Source of the DNA: Adineta vaga
Taxonomy: Eukaryota; Animalia; Rotifera
NCBI GenBank assembly: GCA_021613535.1
Contig: CP075495.1
Coordinates: 10,230,001 to 10,294,000 of the forward strand
Length of the DNA stretch: 64,000 nucleotides
Reading direction: 5' to 3'
The notes below the pieces were generated by a model. That model saw only the letters and a program-made list of their open reading frames with translations. It was not told where the DNA came from and made no database searches. Shown here piece after piece: positions 37,867 to 52,412 of the stretch. Each line of letters opens with the position of its first letter. Within the stretch, counting starts at the first letter, position 1. Position numbers and translations under genes: made by a program.

Positions 37867-40791
37867 TTAAAATTCATCTCCATAAAATGAACTTCGACGA
37901 AATATCCATTTATCAGCATTATTATCCGATTTTTCAATAACAGTCATCTTAAGATAAGAAGTAGAATACATCATTGAACAAAAAAAATGAACTTACCGTC
38001 AGAAAATCAACATTTCTTATAACGTGTGGAAGAGTATCAGGACGAAATTTTCCTCCACATAATTTTCGTGTACATGTTTCTAAACTTGGTGCATGTGCTA
38101 GATAAAAAGGTAAAATTACAATGTATATCTTTCAAAGAAAAAGTAAGAATGTATTCAATACCGATGAATAAAACATGCAGATGATATTGTTGTGTCAATT
38201 GTCCTTGTTGAATCTGTGAAATATATTCAGCTTCATGCATTTTAAGTATACTTGCAGTAACAGCATGACTTCGTTGATAGAATTCTAATTCCGTTTCAAA
38301 TTGCGAAACTTCTGCAATTGTCATTTGTTCATGATAATGTTTATCGATCGAATATTTATTTTCTAACAATTCTTTTTTTGTCATAAATCTAGGCATTGTT
38401 AAAACATTGCTGGTTTCACTTGCTGTGTACCAACCAGTACATTCAAATAGACCTGGTTCAATTCTTCAAAAGAAAAAAAAAAGATTTCGGTTGCTTTTCG
38501 AAAATGATGCTATTCAGATCATATTACCGAATTTTTAATTTATTATGCAATTGTAAACCTTCGAGAATTTTAGAGGCCGTTTGAACACAACGTAATGCGG
38601 GTGATGAATAGCAATAAGTAATATGGATCGCTTTATCTTTTAGAACAGTTCCTGAACAAAATCAGCCAAAAGAAAAAATAATGAAGAAATCAAACAATCG
38701 AAAGAATTTACCCGTGTGAAATGCGTCCTTGAGACCTTTATATGTGAGTGGTGGATCAAGATCAAAATCACGAATAGATGCACGAAATGGCAGAGTCTCT
38801 CTATAAAATCAAGTAAAACAAAAAATAATTGAATTAAATCGTGTTCAAAACAATATCTATCTGTTTGTTTTTTCAATTTACTATCTCAAATAAAATCATT
38901 TCCATGAAGAATACCTTATTTTGTCACATTTAGTTAACATATAAAACTAGGTCGAATTTATTTATGTTTTTACGGTAATAAAACACATTGGAAAGAGGCG
39001 CAAAACATCTAATTTGAGTATTTCGAACGACATATTTATATACAGATTAACCATACGATGATCTGTTATATTTCTATCTAAGTTTAAAGAGAAAAAAAAG
39101 TGTTTATTTAAATCAGATATCGAAGGGCTAGGGGTGGGGGTAGGGGGGACAGAAAGTCACTGCAATTCAGTGGAATGATTCTAAACTATAGTCTATACTG
39201 ATGAGTTGATGGTATATGGGCTATCAACACGTTTTGAATTCTATTTTGTCTTTGCATGCTTTCCTACATAGACCTTATTTTTCTCGTTTAATTTATTTGT
39301 GTGGAATTATCAAACACATTCAGTTTGTCACAATCATAGTTTCATATGATGCGTTATACCGATCTTCGGTGGTAAGGAGACTATCTGACTGAAATTAATA
39401 TATACTCCATAGACTCCCTTTATTCCTTAGATGCTCTAGCCGGCATTTATGTGCTCATCTTTAGTCAGTAATTTTTATATTTGTAACATAAGAATATGAT
39501 TAGACTAGAGAAATAGGGTATTGCATGTAAATCAGCTTGAATGGCCAGATTTATAAGCCCAGTATATTAGAAGAAAAGCGAGGACGTACAACCGAAAACA
39601 TAGAGAAATATCAGAAGCTGCAGTACGAGAAATTCAATATGGAATATAAAAGACTATAAACTTAGATGGACTTACGGTAAAATTGGTGAAAAACGACAAA
39701 AATTTCCATCTCGATCAAAAGCTTGTCTTAACCATTGCGATGAATAATATCGATCTAATCGTTCACCATGTCGAAGAACTAATAAACGAATTGGACCTTG
39801 CGTAATAGGTAATGGGCGCATTGGTGGATATGCTGTACCACGAACATGATCAATATTTAATTCGGGACTTTTTGGTGGACTAATTTTTCCCGACCGAAAA
39901 TTTGTAGGATTTCTCGGTATATTTGTTGTTGGTGTTGATTTGAAAAATTTTCGTATAAATCTTCGTACACCACCTTTTTCTTTCGTTTCATCGGGATTTA
40001 GATCAGTTCCAAGTACATTACCTGCTTGTTTTGTATTCATAATAAGTGCTGGTGATGTTAATGGAGGAAGATTTAAACCCGATGCTCGACTGCTAGCTTT
40101 CGAATTATTCAAATGAAATTCACTTGATGTTTTGATTGTAAAATCAGTAATCGATGAAGAATCTGATACACGCCGTTGATCATCGGTACCGAGATGTAAA
40201 GAACTACTTGTTGGAAGATGATTGTCATCTTCCAATTCGTCATCTGTTGTAATATGTGTTCCCGACAGAGATGTAGCCACTTTGCCACGTGATCGTCTCA
40301 ATGATGATATTCCCGAGTCACAATCAATATCCTAGAAAAAAAACTCATTTTTTTTATAATTGAATAAAAAATTTAAAATTTCTGCAACATTTTATTGAAG
40401 TTATACTACCTTCTTTTTCGAAAGCATGTACTATAGTATTGATGATATTTAGTAATAATGGGCGAAGAAATAAATATGAGTGCCCAAAAGTCTTCTTTTT
40501 TTCGATGATAAACAAGCTAATGTCTATCAGAAAAGTGTGAGCAAAAGAGTATGATCATCGTCACACCTATTCTACTGAAGTATCTTCATTTTTTTATATT
40601 TAAATAAAAATGAACTTAATATGAATCACCTTCTGCTCGTCTATAAGATTTAGTTGTTCCGATTGAAAGTCGCCCTTTAGTTGCTGTTGTTCTAATGCTT
40701 GGTTTTTATTGATATTACGAGATATTTTCTTCTCATTTGCTTGTGAAGTAATCAAATCATTTTGCTCTACTATCGGACCAACGTTGCTCAT
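37867..40791 (-). CDS. Histidine phosphatase (PGAM-like), STS/UBASH3/ecdysteroid-phosphate-phosphatase type, with disordered N-terminus and no recognisable UBA/SH3
   Basis: LRHGERLD, DPPLT, YSSPALRCVQTA, IRIEPGLFE and VLFIAHAPSLE. 7 exons with consistent phases. Confidence 0.9.
39125..39148 (+). other. Canonical G-quadruplex motif inside a long intron
   Basis: GGG-CTA-GGGG-T-GGGGG-TA-GGGGGG. Confidence 0.6.
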
Positions 40792-42374
40792 ATTTTGTTG
40801 TCGGATAGGATTTTATTCCTTTAAAATATAAACAAATATATAGTCATCATTCTTATATCGAAAAAAGAAAAGGGCACATTAGGCGATTGACATTTTTTTA
40901 TGATTATGACGAAGAATTAAAGAGTAAGAAAAACGCCAAAATGTCTCTCCTATCATTTCGATCAAGCAATCATGATGAAGTCAGTAATATTAATGATAAC
41001 GTTGAGTAAGAGAGAAAAAAACGCATTAAACTATAAAAAATGGACGGTGATTTTTTTTCTCACCCTTCAGCATGAAACATCGACAGTATAGAAGCAAAGG
41101 TGCACGAGAATATGTGAGCATATATAAACTCATTCATGTGAAGAGAACAAAAAAACATGCGAAATAATCATTCATATGAGAAAAAAATAAATCAAGGACT
41201 GTCTATCATAAAAAAATCTTTTTCATTCTTCTATTTTTTTTTGCTTATGTAAATAGACACAAACAGGTGAATGAATAAGTTAGTTGAAATATGCATATAA
41301 TTTTGTACTATTTTAATTGGATTTCTGTGTGACGTGTTTGATCGAATAATAGTCAAGCTAATGACATTAATAACTGTGTCTACTACTGACATTTGTACTT
41401 TCGTTTCAAATTTATACATACAATACACGTCACTATTACTCTTTGTATTGAAGAAACTTTCAAATATTGAAAGATATACCTAAATAAGTGATTGATCATT
41501 AGTATACTGATAAAGACCGTTGAAATGATAAATATCAAACTGATATCATGCTTGTATGATAACTTCATAGGAAATGATTGATTATTGTATTAAACTATAT
41601 AATAAAAGAATAAGTCAAAACAAATCTTTGCATTCAAAAGATAAGTTACAGGTACATGTATTTGCTTACAAAAGAAAGAATTTTTCTTCGTTTAGATTGG
41701 TTACAAAAAAATAGAAAAAACGAAATCAACTTGACAGTGTGACTGATGTCGCTTGTCAACACTCTATGCATATGTAAATACATATCTTGCATTTCGAATA
41801 AAGCCATAGACTTACGATGTTGTTTCGAGCAAAACAAAAAATTAATCCTCTCAATACACTCTCAGTATATTTGTTTTTACGATCGAAAAAAGTAAACAAA
41901 TTCTCGAAAAAAGAAATCCTACTCGATTTGAGAGAGAGAGAAAGAGAGAATTCAAAGAGCGTAAACAGATTGAAACTGCGACGTTAAAAAAATCGATGAT
42001 GAATTATATTATTCTAAATGCTTCTTCTGTGAAAAAAATTGAGAACATCGTCTATCAATATGACCGATCAAGTACTCTGACTCTCTCATATGATCCTTGT
42101 AGAAAAAAAACTTATTTTAGTCTAATTACTATTTGAAATCAATTTTTCTAATTGAAAAACAAATACAGACTTATTCTTCGAGATTAAACCATTCCTAATA
42201 TAACTAAAACATCTAATGCTAAGAACTGTTAAAAAGAAGTCAAATTTTAACATTATCTTTTGTGTTTTTATGCCACTAATTTCAATCATAGATTTGAAAG
42301 AATAATATGTATTTTATTCAAATGTGATTTTATTACGTTCAACAAATAAACATGAAAAATCTAGTAAATGATAT

Positions 42375-45300
42375 TTATCCATTGTTGTTATTTCGTAAAG
42401 GAGTTTGATCTTTCTTCTTCTTTTTCTTTCGTTTTTTCTTAAGTTCAATATTATTTTCTGGATCAGATTTTTTCTCATCATAAATAGCTAATAAGATTGG
42501 ATATAACAACCAAGCAAAACTAAATAAACCATTGTATCGCTTATATTGATCTCCTTGTCGATTTTTACGACTTTTATTCATATATGCTCTCCATGGATCA
42601 TATGTAACACGAAACCAAGCTGATGCTTTTTTCTTAATTTCGTCATTGATTTCTTCCTTCATATTATATTCGTATTGATCTATCTGATTTTTCCATGTTA
42701 ATTTTTTTGATATGTCCGACCAGCTAAACATTTCATCTTGGGATGAATCAGTAGATTGATAGAATTGTTGCCAAAACAGACGTAGAAAGCTTAAAAAACG
42801 ACAACAACAACAACAACACGATATATTGCATGAACGTATGAATGATAGGTGTGATCATTTTTGATCTAGACCTTTTTTTTGTATGATCAGTTTTACTTAC
42901 TTATTTTGTAGAATTCGATATGCATGTGTAATTTCATTTTTCAAGTCGAAAAGTTTCGTTTCTTTTGCATATTGTTTTGATGTAAATTTGAGAATATAAC
43001 CTGACACAATTTCAACTTCATATTCGATACCGTATTGCTTCATAAGACGACGTAATTCTCGATCATATGAATTTTTGAGAATGTGAGCTTCTTTTCTATA
43101 AACATCCGTTCCATCTCCATTAATAATAAAAAAATCGTAAGGAAATGATAATGCTGTCTGAATTTCTTCGTCTTTATCTATGCATAGATCAATTTTATAA
43201 TGTTGAATTTCATCATAGAGGACACCAAGAATTGTTTTTGAAGGATAAGACTTTTTGTCTTTCTTTTCCATATAATGTGGATATTCTTGAGGACGAAGTT
43301 CTTTTGTAAGTCGAGGTGCACTCACACCTTTCTTAGCAAAATCTACTGCCACACTAAATGAAAGGTGAATTTAGATTTGTACGTAGGAACTACAGATAGT
43401 TTTCTTAGAGATATATTTGAGTAGCTTTTATACCTATGCATTCGAGCTAATTTGAGACACTTTTCATCCTTGGCGCCCGCTTCTGATTGATCGGCAAAAA
43501 CCAAATGACTATTAGCAATCATACCAAGACTAAACCGAAAATTTAATAAAGTACATTCAAAATGAATTTAAAGTTTACTTGTCAGCAGCAATATATTCAC
43601 CAAAGAAATTACACACATCTTTGATAGTATATGAAATTTTGGGTTGTGATCGTGTATCTTCAATTTCAGCATCAGCTTCATCATCTTGTTCTTGATAATC
43701 AAATGGATCTTCGTTTTGTTCAAAGATTAAATCGGGATGACGAGAGATCCAAAATGTATCTCCATCGAGATCACCGCCAGACATTTCCATTGGATGAGGT
43801 CGAAGTCCATCCATCGGAAAAACAATCACATTTTTTAAACAACGTAAAGCAGGTACATCAACTGCTTTGAGCTTTCGAATATCACCTAAAAACCAAAAGA
43901 GATATAACAATTGTACAGATAAAACAAATGATAATTGATTAAATCACATACCGGGATGAAAACATGGATTTCTTGTAACTACGACATCACCTGTAAAGAT
44001 TTCTTTGATTGGATTATCACTTTTCTGATGACTATTATCAATCTGAATAAATACTTCACCATAGTTTAATGTCTCAGTTTCATCTATGACACCTAATAAA
44101 CACCATGAATTTGGTACACGAATTTTAGCTTTTGTACGCAATTCTTTTACAAGAAATGTTTTAAAAGCTAGAAGTAATTGTTGAACAAACGGATCTTTTC
44201 GTTCACCTAATCGGTTTAGATAATCAATTAAAAAGGCATGATAACCATTACCACCAAATTCATTTAAATCTTTGATAGCTTTACATGCATCTTTAGCATT
44301 TCCTGTCAATGCTTTCATTTGTTCTAACATTTGATTCTGAAGAGAAATAAATTTGCTCTTCGGAATACCAAGTGATGCAAGAAGTAGAATTATTTGTCTG
44401 TTGAGATAAGCAATCGAAGGTGTTAATGACGTACGTACAACATCGATTGAAAAATTTTCTGTTTCAAACTTCTTCATTGATGGACGAAAATATACAGATA
44501 TATTGGGATCAACACAATGATTACGTGTATCTACGCAAACCATTCCTAAAAGAAATTGATTCAGTTCAATTTTACCATTTGAGAGTTTTACTACATGTTA
44601 AATCTTACCTTTGTATCCTCCACAACGAATCTGAAATGCAGATGGGCAAAATGATTTATTGGATAATTTCATTTCTTCAGCTAATTTTTCGGCAAACTTT
44701 GGTGAGATAATACCTATTCCATCTGTAAATATCGGACAATGAAAACGTCCATTTATTTCTTGACATATTTCAAAGTCGCGCAATTGAGTGAACTGGTGTT
44801 TTTCAAGTTTAATACCTTTTATACTTGTAGAAAATAATTGTCCTAACTTAATATAGATCAAAATCTCTTTATAATTTTACAAGTGATTACTTAATTCTAC
44901 ATACACGTGCAGCTAACTTGGCTACTGGACGAACATTTTGAAAGTTACCCATCCAATTGTGAATGGTATCAACCGTTACATCATTCTTAATTGAAGCAAA
45001 CATCCAACAAGAATGTTCACGCAATTGAGAACTTGAAAAAGCCAAAAATTCGTAATGTCGATCACATATATTAATTCCTTGAATTAAAATTTTCTTGATA
45101 CGTTCATATATCGTCGACATACTATCATTATAATTATGCAATACACGATAGTCTATTTCAAAGGAGAAGATCAGTTTCATATCGAAATATCAATCAATGT
45201 ATTGTCATGGAGTGAATTAACATACCTTCATCACGAAATGTTACTCGAAGAAATCTATCTTGATATTTTTCAAATTGACGTGTTACAGGACATTTCTCTT

Positions 45301-47452
45301 CTCGATAAGGTCCTTCAATAAAACGGTAGATGGTGTTATATATATCTTACGAATGAAGGATGGATTCATATTAGCAGTTCGTAATTCAACTTTTGTGACA
45401 AATATACCTGTCATTGGTATTCTGTAAAGTTCGTATTTTTCCAGTAATTGTTCAAGTGCATACATGAGCAAACGACTAAATGTTCCAATAGAAACTTTTG
45501 ATGATGTGAACAAAGATTTTCTAATATTTGATTTATCTGATGGTATTTCACTATTTCTTGCATTAACTAAATCACCAGTAGTACTGGCTCTCATGCGGTA
45601 AATTATCCGTTGTTGATGGAATATCTTCTCTAGCGATTGTAGGTCGATTCTCCTTTAAATCTGATTGTATTTGTTCATTTTCATTGTCCCAATCTTCTTG
45701 TTCATTATAATCGCAAGTTTTTGAGAACCATCGAGGAGCAAATTCAACAATTTTATCTATACGAATAAACGTAGAATACGGATATCATAGTATAAGGTCG
45801 ATTCGTATTTACCTGTCAAAGCAATTAGTGTATTAATTGTACACAATTTTAAGACATTTTCTGCTTGTTCATCAACAATTAAATCATATACAGTAATGAT
45901 ATGTTTCGAAATAAGTTTCATAATTTCAAATTTTGTTTCGAATGGATACAAAGCCCATCGACGTTGAAGAAAATCATCCACTTTATCTCGATTGGCTTTG
46001 ATCCAATCATCATTGGATATTAGTTCAATGGAGTCAAGCTTCGTTCTAGCTGCTTCTAATGATCCAATTAAATAGCCAATATCATTTTCAGTAAAATGTC
46101 GCGGTGTTAAATTATAATCATGTAGGATTTTAAATAATTTTCTATAATCAGCATACCAATTTCGTGAATTTAATCTGAAGAGCCAAGCATTAGCATGTCC
46201 AATAAGTCCAGTACCTGGTTGTCGAGTTTCATCAGATGAACCACCATAACCCATGCTGTCAGTATTTTGTGTTTCAACAATTATCGGCGGTCGTTTCAGT
46301 TCCATAAGGAGATAAACATGATCTCGATTAATTAATACGGGAGATATTTTTGTCGATTTTAAACTAAAATACAAAAAATTCAATATAAGTATACAAAACA
46401 AGTAGATTTTACTCTTGAAAGTTCCATTCAAACTTCAATTCATTTATTGAGTCAAAATACTCCGTTGGAAATGACATATATCTAGCAACAATACTTAGTT
46501 TTTTCTTGTCCACATTAATAACAAAACGAAAGTTGGTTTCGTAATCATAATTCATCAAACGATGAGCGACAATACCATAATCATCAGAATTAGAAATAAT
46601 GCTATTTCCTCGATGTATATATCTCATCGCAGCTCCTGTAATTAGTGTGCCATAATGTATGTCTGTTATTGGAAAAGTTATATCGTTCGATTCGAAGTTG
46701 TTGGTGTCTGAAGGCGATGATGGTGCGTTAGTTTGTTGAGTTTGTTTTTTAGGACGATCGATATTTAACGCATTATATTTAAAAGTGAAATCGATACGTT
46801 TACGAGAATTTGCATGATAAACATCGACGGCCGTAGCAATAGAATCAAAGCGAACAAAAGCATAAGTTGCACCTATCTAAAATAATACATTATTCTTCCT
46901 TGTTAATATAAAACAGATATAGAACTTTATTTCTACCTTATTTCTTTTAATGCTAACATGACTGACACCAAATCCAAATTGTTGAAACCAATTTTTTAGC
47001 TCAAACCATCTTGTGTTGCCAGGTAGATTTCCAATATAGAGTTCAGCTGTTGACAAAGGCTTCAAACCATTCTCATCAACCATGGGATCAAGTGACAAGC
47101 AATATATGTCTGAACGTGGAGCTTTTCTTATAAGTGGAGGAGCTGATAAATACATTTGAAGTGAATCATTAACAAGTAGTTCAGATGAAGTAACATTTGC
47201 AGAATAATCATTCTGAGAATTGATTGCTAAATGAACAATGTAACCTGTAGGAATTTCTACTTCATCAACGTTAACAAGATCAGATGCTGTCTTTCCAAGA
47301 ATTAATTGATATAATGATGTGAAACGACCAGTATCTCCGAAGTCACAATAATCATCACCATCATTATACATTTCATTACGTATATCATCAACAAAATCGC
47401 CGTCATCGTCGTCGTATTGATCAGTATCTAAGTCCGCTTCTGATTCAGACAT
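42375..47452 (-). CDS. Cellular RNA-dependent RNA polymerase (RdRP, DLDGD type) with N-terminal RRM; apparent frameshift(s) in one exon
   Basis: RRM (LYIGNLP..YAFVRF), FLRVTFRDE, YEFLAFSSSQLREHSCW, AARLGQLFS, FTDGIGIIS, PSAFQIRCGGYKG, GVIDET..L..GEVF, VTRNPCFHPGD, MSGGDLDGDTF and AVDFAK. Confidence 0.95.
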
Positions 47453-48713
47453 TTTCCTTGTTCTTAATAAATGCTTACAATCCTTCTTTTACATTTGTAA
47501 TCACTAGAAGAAAAAGAAGAAATCGACCACTGCACTAACTATGTAATATATTGTAAATTGTTCAACGATCGTGGCTGCAAAATTCTGATGATATTCTAAG
47601 GCTATTTTAGCAATCTCTCTGCAACCATCAAAATCAGTAATAAAGTTTGAAAGGAAAAAAAAGCAAAAAAACCCAGTTAAACATGCGTCTGATAGAAGTA
47701 GACGCTGATAAGCAAGGTTTGACAGAGTAGAGAGAAAGAAAAGAAGAAAGAAAAAGGACAATCTACGATGCAGAAACATTCATCAGCATTGTTTCTTTCA
47801 TTCTATATAAAATATATTGTTGTTCCGAAGAGACTGCTATCAAATACAACATGAGATCGAAAAGCAAATCTATTATAAAATATATCTAAATAATACGAAA
47901 ATATTTATTTTGGCTCTTGCAAACATTATTCTAGTTATGTTTGTCAATAGAAGACACTTTCACAATCGATTGTACAAAATAATAATGATCTGAAGTTAAA
48001 AGAAGTTCAAACTAAAACTGAAGTTTGTGTAAAATCTATACAGAACATATTAATAATTTAGATCTCTTCCTGATCAATCTCGTGTGAGTTTTAGTTTTAA
48101 TTTTCTAAAGATTATTTTAAAACTTGATCTTCTTTATTTCAATAACAACTATCTGAATATCATCGGAATCAATAGGAGATAGCTTGCGAGAAGTTTTTCG
48201 TTCGATGAACTTTTCAATGACTGATGCTTACTTCATTTCTGTACTGAACGGAAGTATTCGTTACAATATGATATAACACTTTTTCTAGTTTAGATACATA
48301 CCTTCCAAGAAAGACGAATGAATCACAAGTTCAACGACTAGACATCCGATGAAAAATTGGCGCTTTAATTATAATGTGGTGCAGAGAAAACAAGATGATT
48401 TGATTCTAAACAATTTTGTTTTATCAATGAATACGATATTTATGAAACTTATATCTTTCAAAAATATATTAGTAATAGTATATGTTGTAACTTCTCTTTT
48501 AGCATTCCAGATGTAGATGTCGCCAAACATCATTCCATTTCTTTCATATCTATTCATTGGCAAAAATAAACTCGACAATCTCATTGGATAGAATACTTTC
48601 TGGATGAGAGTTGTTTATTTATCGAAGGTAATAAATACGACACAGGCCACTCTACTCTGTTCATTTGGACTTTCATCAACTGAATCAGGTATATATTTCA
48701 GATCTTTGAAAAA

Positions 48714-50622
48714 ATGCCACTTGCTACTCGATCACTTACTCGTCTCATTAATTCAACAGTTCGAACGGTAAATTTCTGATTGTATTTACTTACGTAACAG
48801 TTGTATTTCTCGTACATATAGAATCATTTTGTTGCTTTACAATCAAAATGCTTTTCTTCGACACAAGCAACGGTATATTTCCTTATGATTAAAGATAAAT
48901 TATAGATCTTTTCGATTTTGTTTCTATAGGATTTAAAGGAAGTACTACATGATCTTATTCCAAAAGAACAAAAACGCGTAGCAGCATTTCGATCTCAACA
49001 TAAAGATACACCAATTGGTCAAGTAACCGTCGATATGGTAAAAGAAAAATATCAACATACACTGTCCATTTGATTGCTTGTAGCATATATATATATATAT
49101 ATAATTTAGATCTATGGTGGTATGCGTGGCATTAAAGGTCTTGTTTACGAAACTTCAGTCTTAGATCCAAATGAAGGTATTCGTTTTCGTGGTAAAACAA
49201 TAACAGAATGCCAAGCTGAATTACCAAAAGCAAAAGGTGGCGAAGAACCATTACCTGAAGGTCTTTTCTGGCTTTTAGTTACATCACAAGTACCAACACA
49301 ACAACAAGTATGAATGAAATATAAATGATATTATAAAAGTTATTGTGAGCGTTCTAGGTCGATTGGGTTACACGTGAATGGAATAATCGTGCTGATATTC
49401 CTCAACATGTTGTAACAATGTTGAATAATTTTCCAGCACAACTTCATCCTATGTCGCAATTTAGTGCTGCTATCAATGTACTCAATCTTGGTTCAAAATT
49501 CGCTAAAGCTTATTCAGATAATGTACCAAAAGCGAAATACTGGGAGGTTAGTGATTTGAATGCATTTCTTTTACATATTATCAAACAAAACTATTGAAAA
49601 TATCTTGTTATTTTTTTCTAGTATATTTACGAAGATTCAATGGATTTAATTGCTAAATTACCAACAATTGCTGCTATCATCTATCGAAATCTCTACCGCG
49701 ATGGAACAGCTGTTGGTGCTATTGATTCGAAAAAGGATTGGTCATGGAATTTCGCAACTATGTTAGGCTATGATAATAAACAATTTGTTGAGTTATTACG
49801 ACTTTATTTAACCATTCATAGGTAAAAATAAATGAGATTTTTGTATTCAAAACTCAATCATTTCTTTTGAAAATTAGCGATCATGAAGGTGGTAATGTCA
49901 GCGCACATACAAGCCATTTAGTTGGTAGTGCCCTTTCTGATCCATATTTATCACTTGCAGCTGCAATGAATGGTCTTGCTGGACCACTTCATGGCCTTGC
50001 AAATCAAGAAGTATTGATATGGATAACAAAATTAGTTGAAAAAATCGGTGACACACCAAATGAAGAACAAATTACAAAATATATTCATGACACATTGAAA
50101 ACTAGTGTTGTACCCGGTTTCGGACATGCTGTCTTACGTAAAACGGACCCACGTTACACATGTCAACGAGAATTTGCACTCAAGCATTTACCAAATGATA
50201 ACATGTTTAAGATTGTTTCACAACTTTACAAAGTTGTACCAAAAGTTCTTGGTGAACTCGGTAAAGTTAAAAATCCTTGGCCAAATGTTGATGCACACTC
50301 TGGCGTACTCCTTCAAGTAAATAGATTTATTTTATTTTGAATAGTATTATACATATATATATATTTCTTTTTCTTTTAGCACTATGGTATGAAGGAGATG
50401 AATTATTACACTGTTTTATTCGGTGTTTCACGTGCACTTGGTGTTCTTGCTCAAATGATTTGGTCTCGAGCCTTAGGATTTCCCTTAGAACGTCCAAAAT
50501 CAATGTCAACCGATGGTCTTATAGCTTTAGTAGCTGGACAAAAGAAAACGGGTACCGAGGCCGCTGATAAACAAAAGCTAAAACCGCATAAAATCAACTT
50601 TTCCCCGATGACAATTAATTAA
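48714..50622 (+). CDS. CS: Mitochondrial citrate synthase, multi-exon
   Basis: [68 protein letters not shown] and [10 protein letters not shown]-terminal transit-like peptide. Confidence 0.97.
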
Positions 50623-51184
50623 AGTAAATACATATACAAGTGTCACAATTCAACATCAATTTCATCTTTTTTTCATTCGTATTTAGTTTTCTATTCCCTC
50701 TTCAACAAGATCGATTGTGCTAACTTTTAATTATTAAAACAAAATAGCTCGTGTTCCTTCTTATTTTTTTTCTGGTTGTACTACTATTACCGTAGGAGAA
50801 ATAAAACAGAAAATAGAAAACAAATAATGAACAATGAAATCGTGATGCAAAATATTGAATCAAAAATTTAAACCTCAAATAAGGAGAAAACCGACGATGT
50901 GATTATATTTTTTCTTTAAATTTTGAAAAAAAAACATCTGATTTGTTTTTGCTCCGAACAAAAGCAAGTGAAATTAAGTAATTTCTCGCGTTTATTTGCC
51001 ATTGATCAAGGTTGAAACCTTGTCTGTCGTAGAATCGAGAAGAGAAACATATGAAGTAATCATTTAGTGCATTTGTTTCATGCCATAATGTCAAGATGTA
51101 GAAAGAAATGAATATCTTTCACGTTACCAAGTCACCTGATTGCCAGTAGTTACAATCATAAAAGAATATTTCAACAAAGTTTTA

Positions 51185-52412
51185 TCAATCTAATTTCTGC
51201 GCGAAAGCATCCTCGAACATCAATTTAAAATCAAGTGTTGATCGAGTATAATGCAATCCTAAACTAGTTTTACTGATATTCGTCGTTAATTTTTCTTTTT
51301 CATTAATGGATGAGGTGATAGGTTTTATCGATTGAGATGAATAGGCGAGTATTTCATTGGATTTGATATTGTCAATAATGGGTGGTTGTGATATGGGTAG
51401 TATCGGTGTATGGAAAACACTATGGGGTACTATTTGAGTCGTTTGTTCAACATTACTACGTGACACTAAAAGAAGAATTGATATAAATGTGACCAAATAT
51501 TGTTGTTTGACTAGCTGCATGATCTCTTTCTAAGACAACAATTTGTATGTACATACTTTTTGATGAACTAACTTGCTCTGATATGTCAACAATCGATGGA
51601 GAACGAATAGGTGATGATTTGTTAGTCATAATGGTATGTTTAATCGTATCATTTTGTAATTCATTATGATTTGATTTCATCAGTTGAATTTTTGGTACAG
51701 TTATTTTCTTGCATGTTGGAGGATGCCTTGCGAGATGTTCAATACTTTTGTCCGAGATAATATCACTCTGAACACTTTGCTAGATATACTTATTAAAATT
51801 TATTTTAATCAGGATCATATTCATTGTAGTCATTACTTGCTCATCATCTATTGTAATAAAACTCATACTGCTCGCTTGAGTTCCATCATTGATAGCTACG
51901 ATTTTCTTTAAGGGTATTGATGGAACGACACGATTTATAGAATTGAGATCGTTTTGATCATTAAAATCTAGTATTTGATTAAAAATCTCAGAATAAATTT
52001 TATCAGAGTCTTCATTTAGATGACATGAAGACATTTGTCGTACAGTAACTCGATATGAAGAAGGATCAAGAGATCTTTGCTGTTTATGTGTTTGAGTACA
52101 ACAAGACATTAGATGAAACGAATGCTGAATCGTAGGGTTACATCTTAATGACATTCCACAACATGGATGAATTGTCTTTAAAAGTATTTGATGACAGGAA
52201 GGACATGCAGGATGAAAATCTGATATTATAATAAATAGATTGCATTGATATTTTCTGTCAGTAAAGAAACATATACCTCTCTGCGAATAATAACTATTGC
52301 ATTTAATTACTGGTGGACATCTGTTAACTATTCGTTTACATTTGAACGTTTTAGTTTGATAATTTTGATTAGATTCACAATGATGCGATGTATTGAAAGT
52401 ATGGTGATGCAT
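51185..52412 (-). CDS. Hypothetical orphan protein with Cys/His-rich N-terminus and Ser/Ile-rich C-terminus, multi-exon
   Basis: Chain of same-strand ORFs joinable through short GT-AG introns (e.g. SQR|DFH, DDEQ|QSVQ). No recognised domain and the 3' end is uncertain. Confidence 0.5.

Noticed and set aside
48170-48260. TGA/CTGA boxes reminiscent of a C/D snoRNA
   Set aside because: No canonical RUGAUGA box C with a terminal stem, and the site is not intronic.
50565-50622. Possible 1-bp deletion in the citrate synthase tail (alternative ending ...KAKTA*)
   Set aside because: The tail is unconserved and the frame as read terminates normally. At most weak support for assembly indels.
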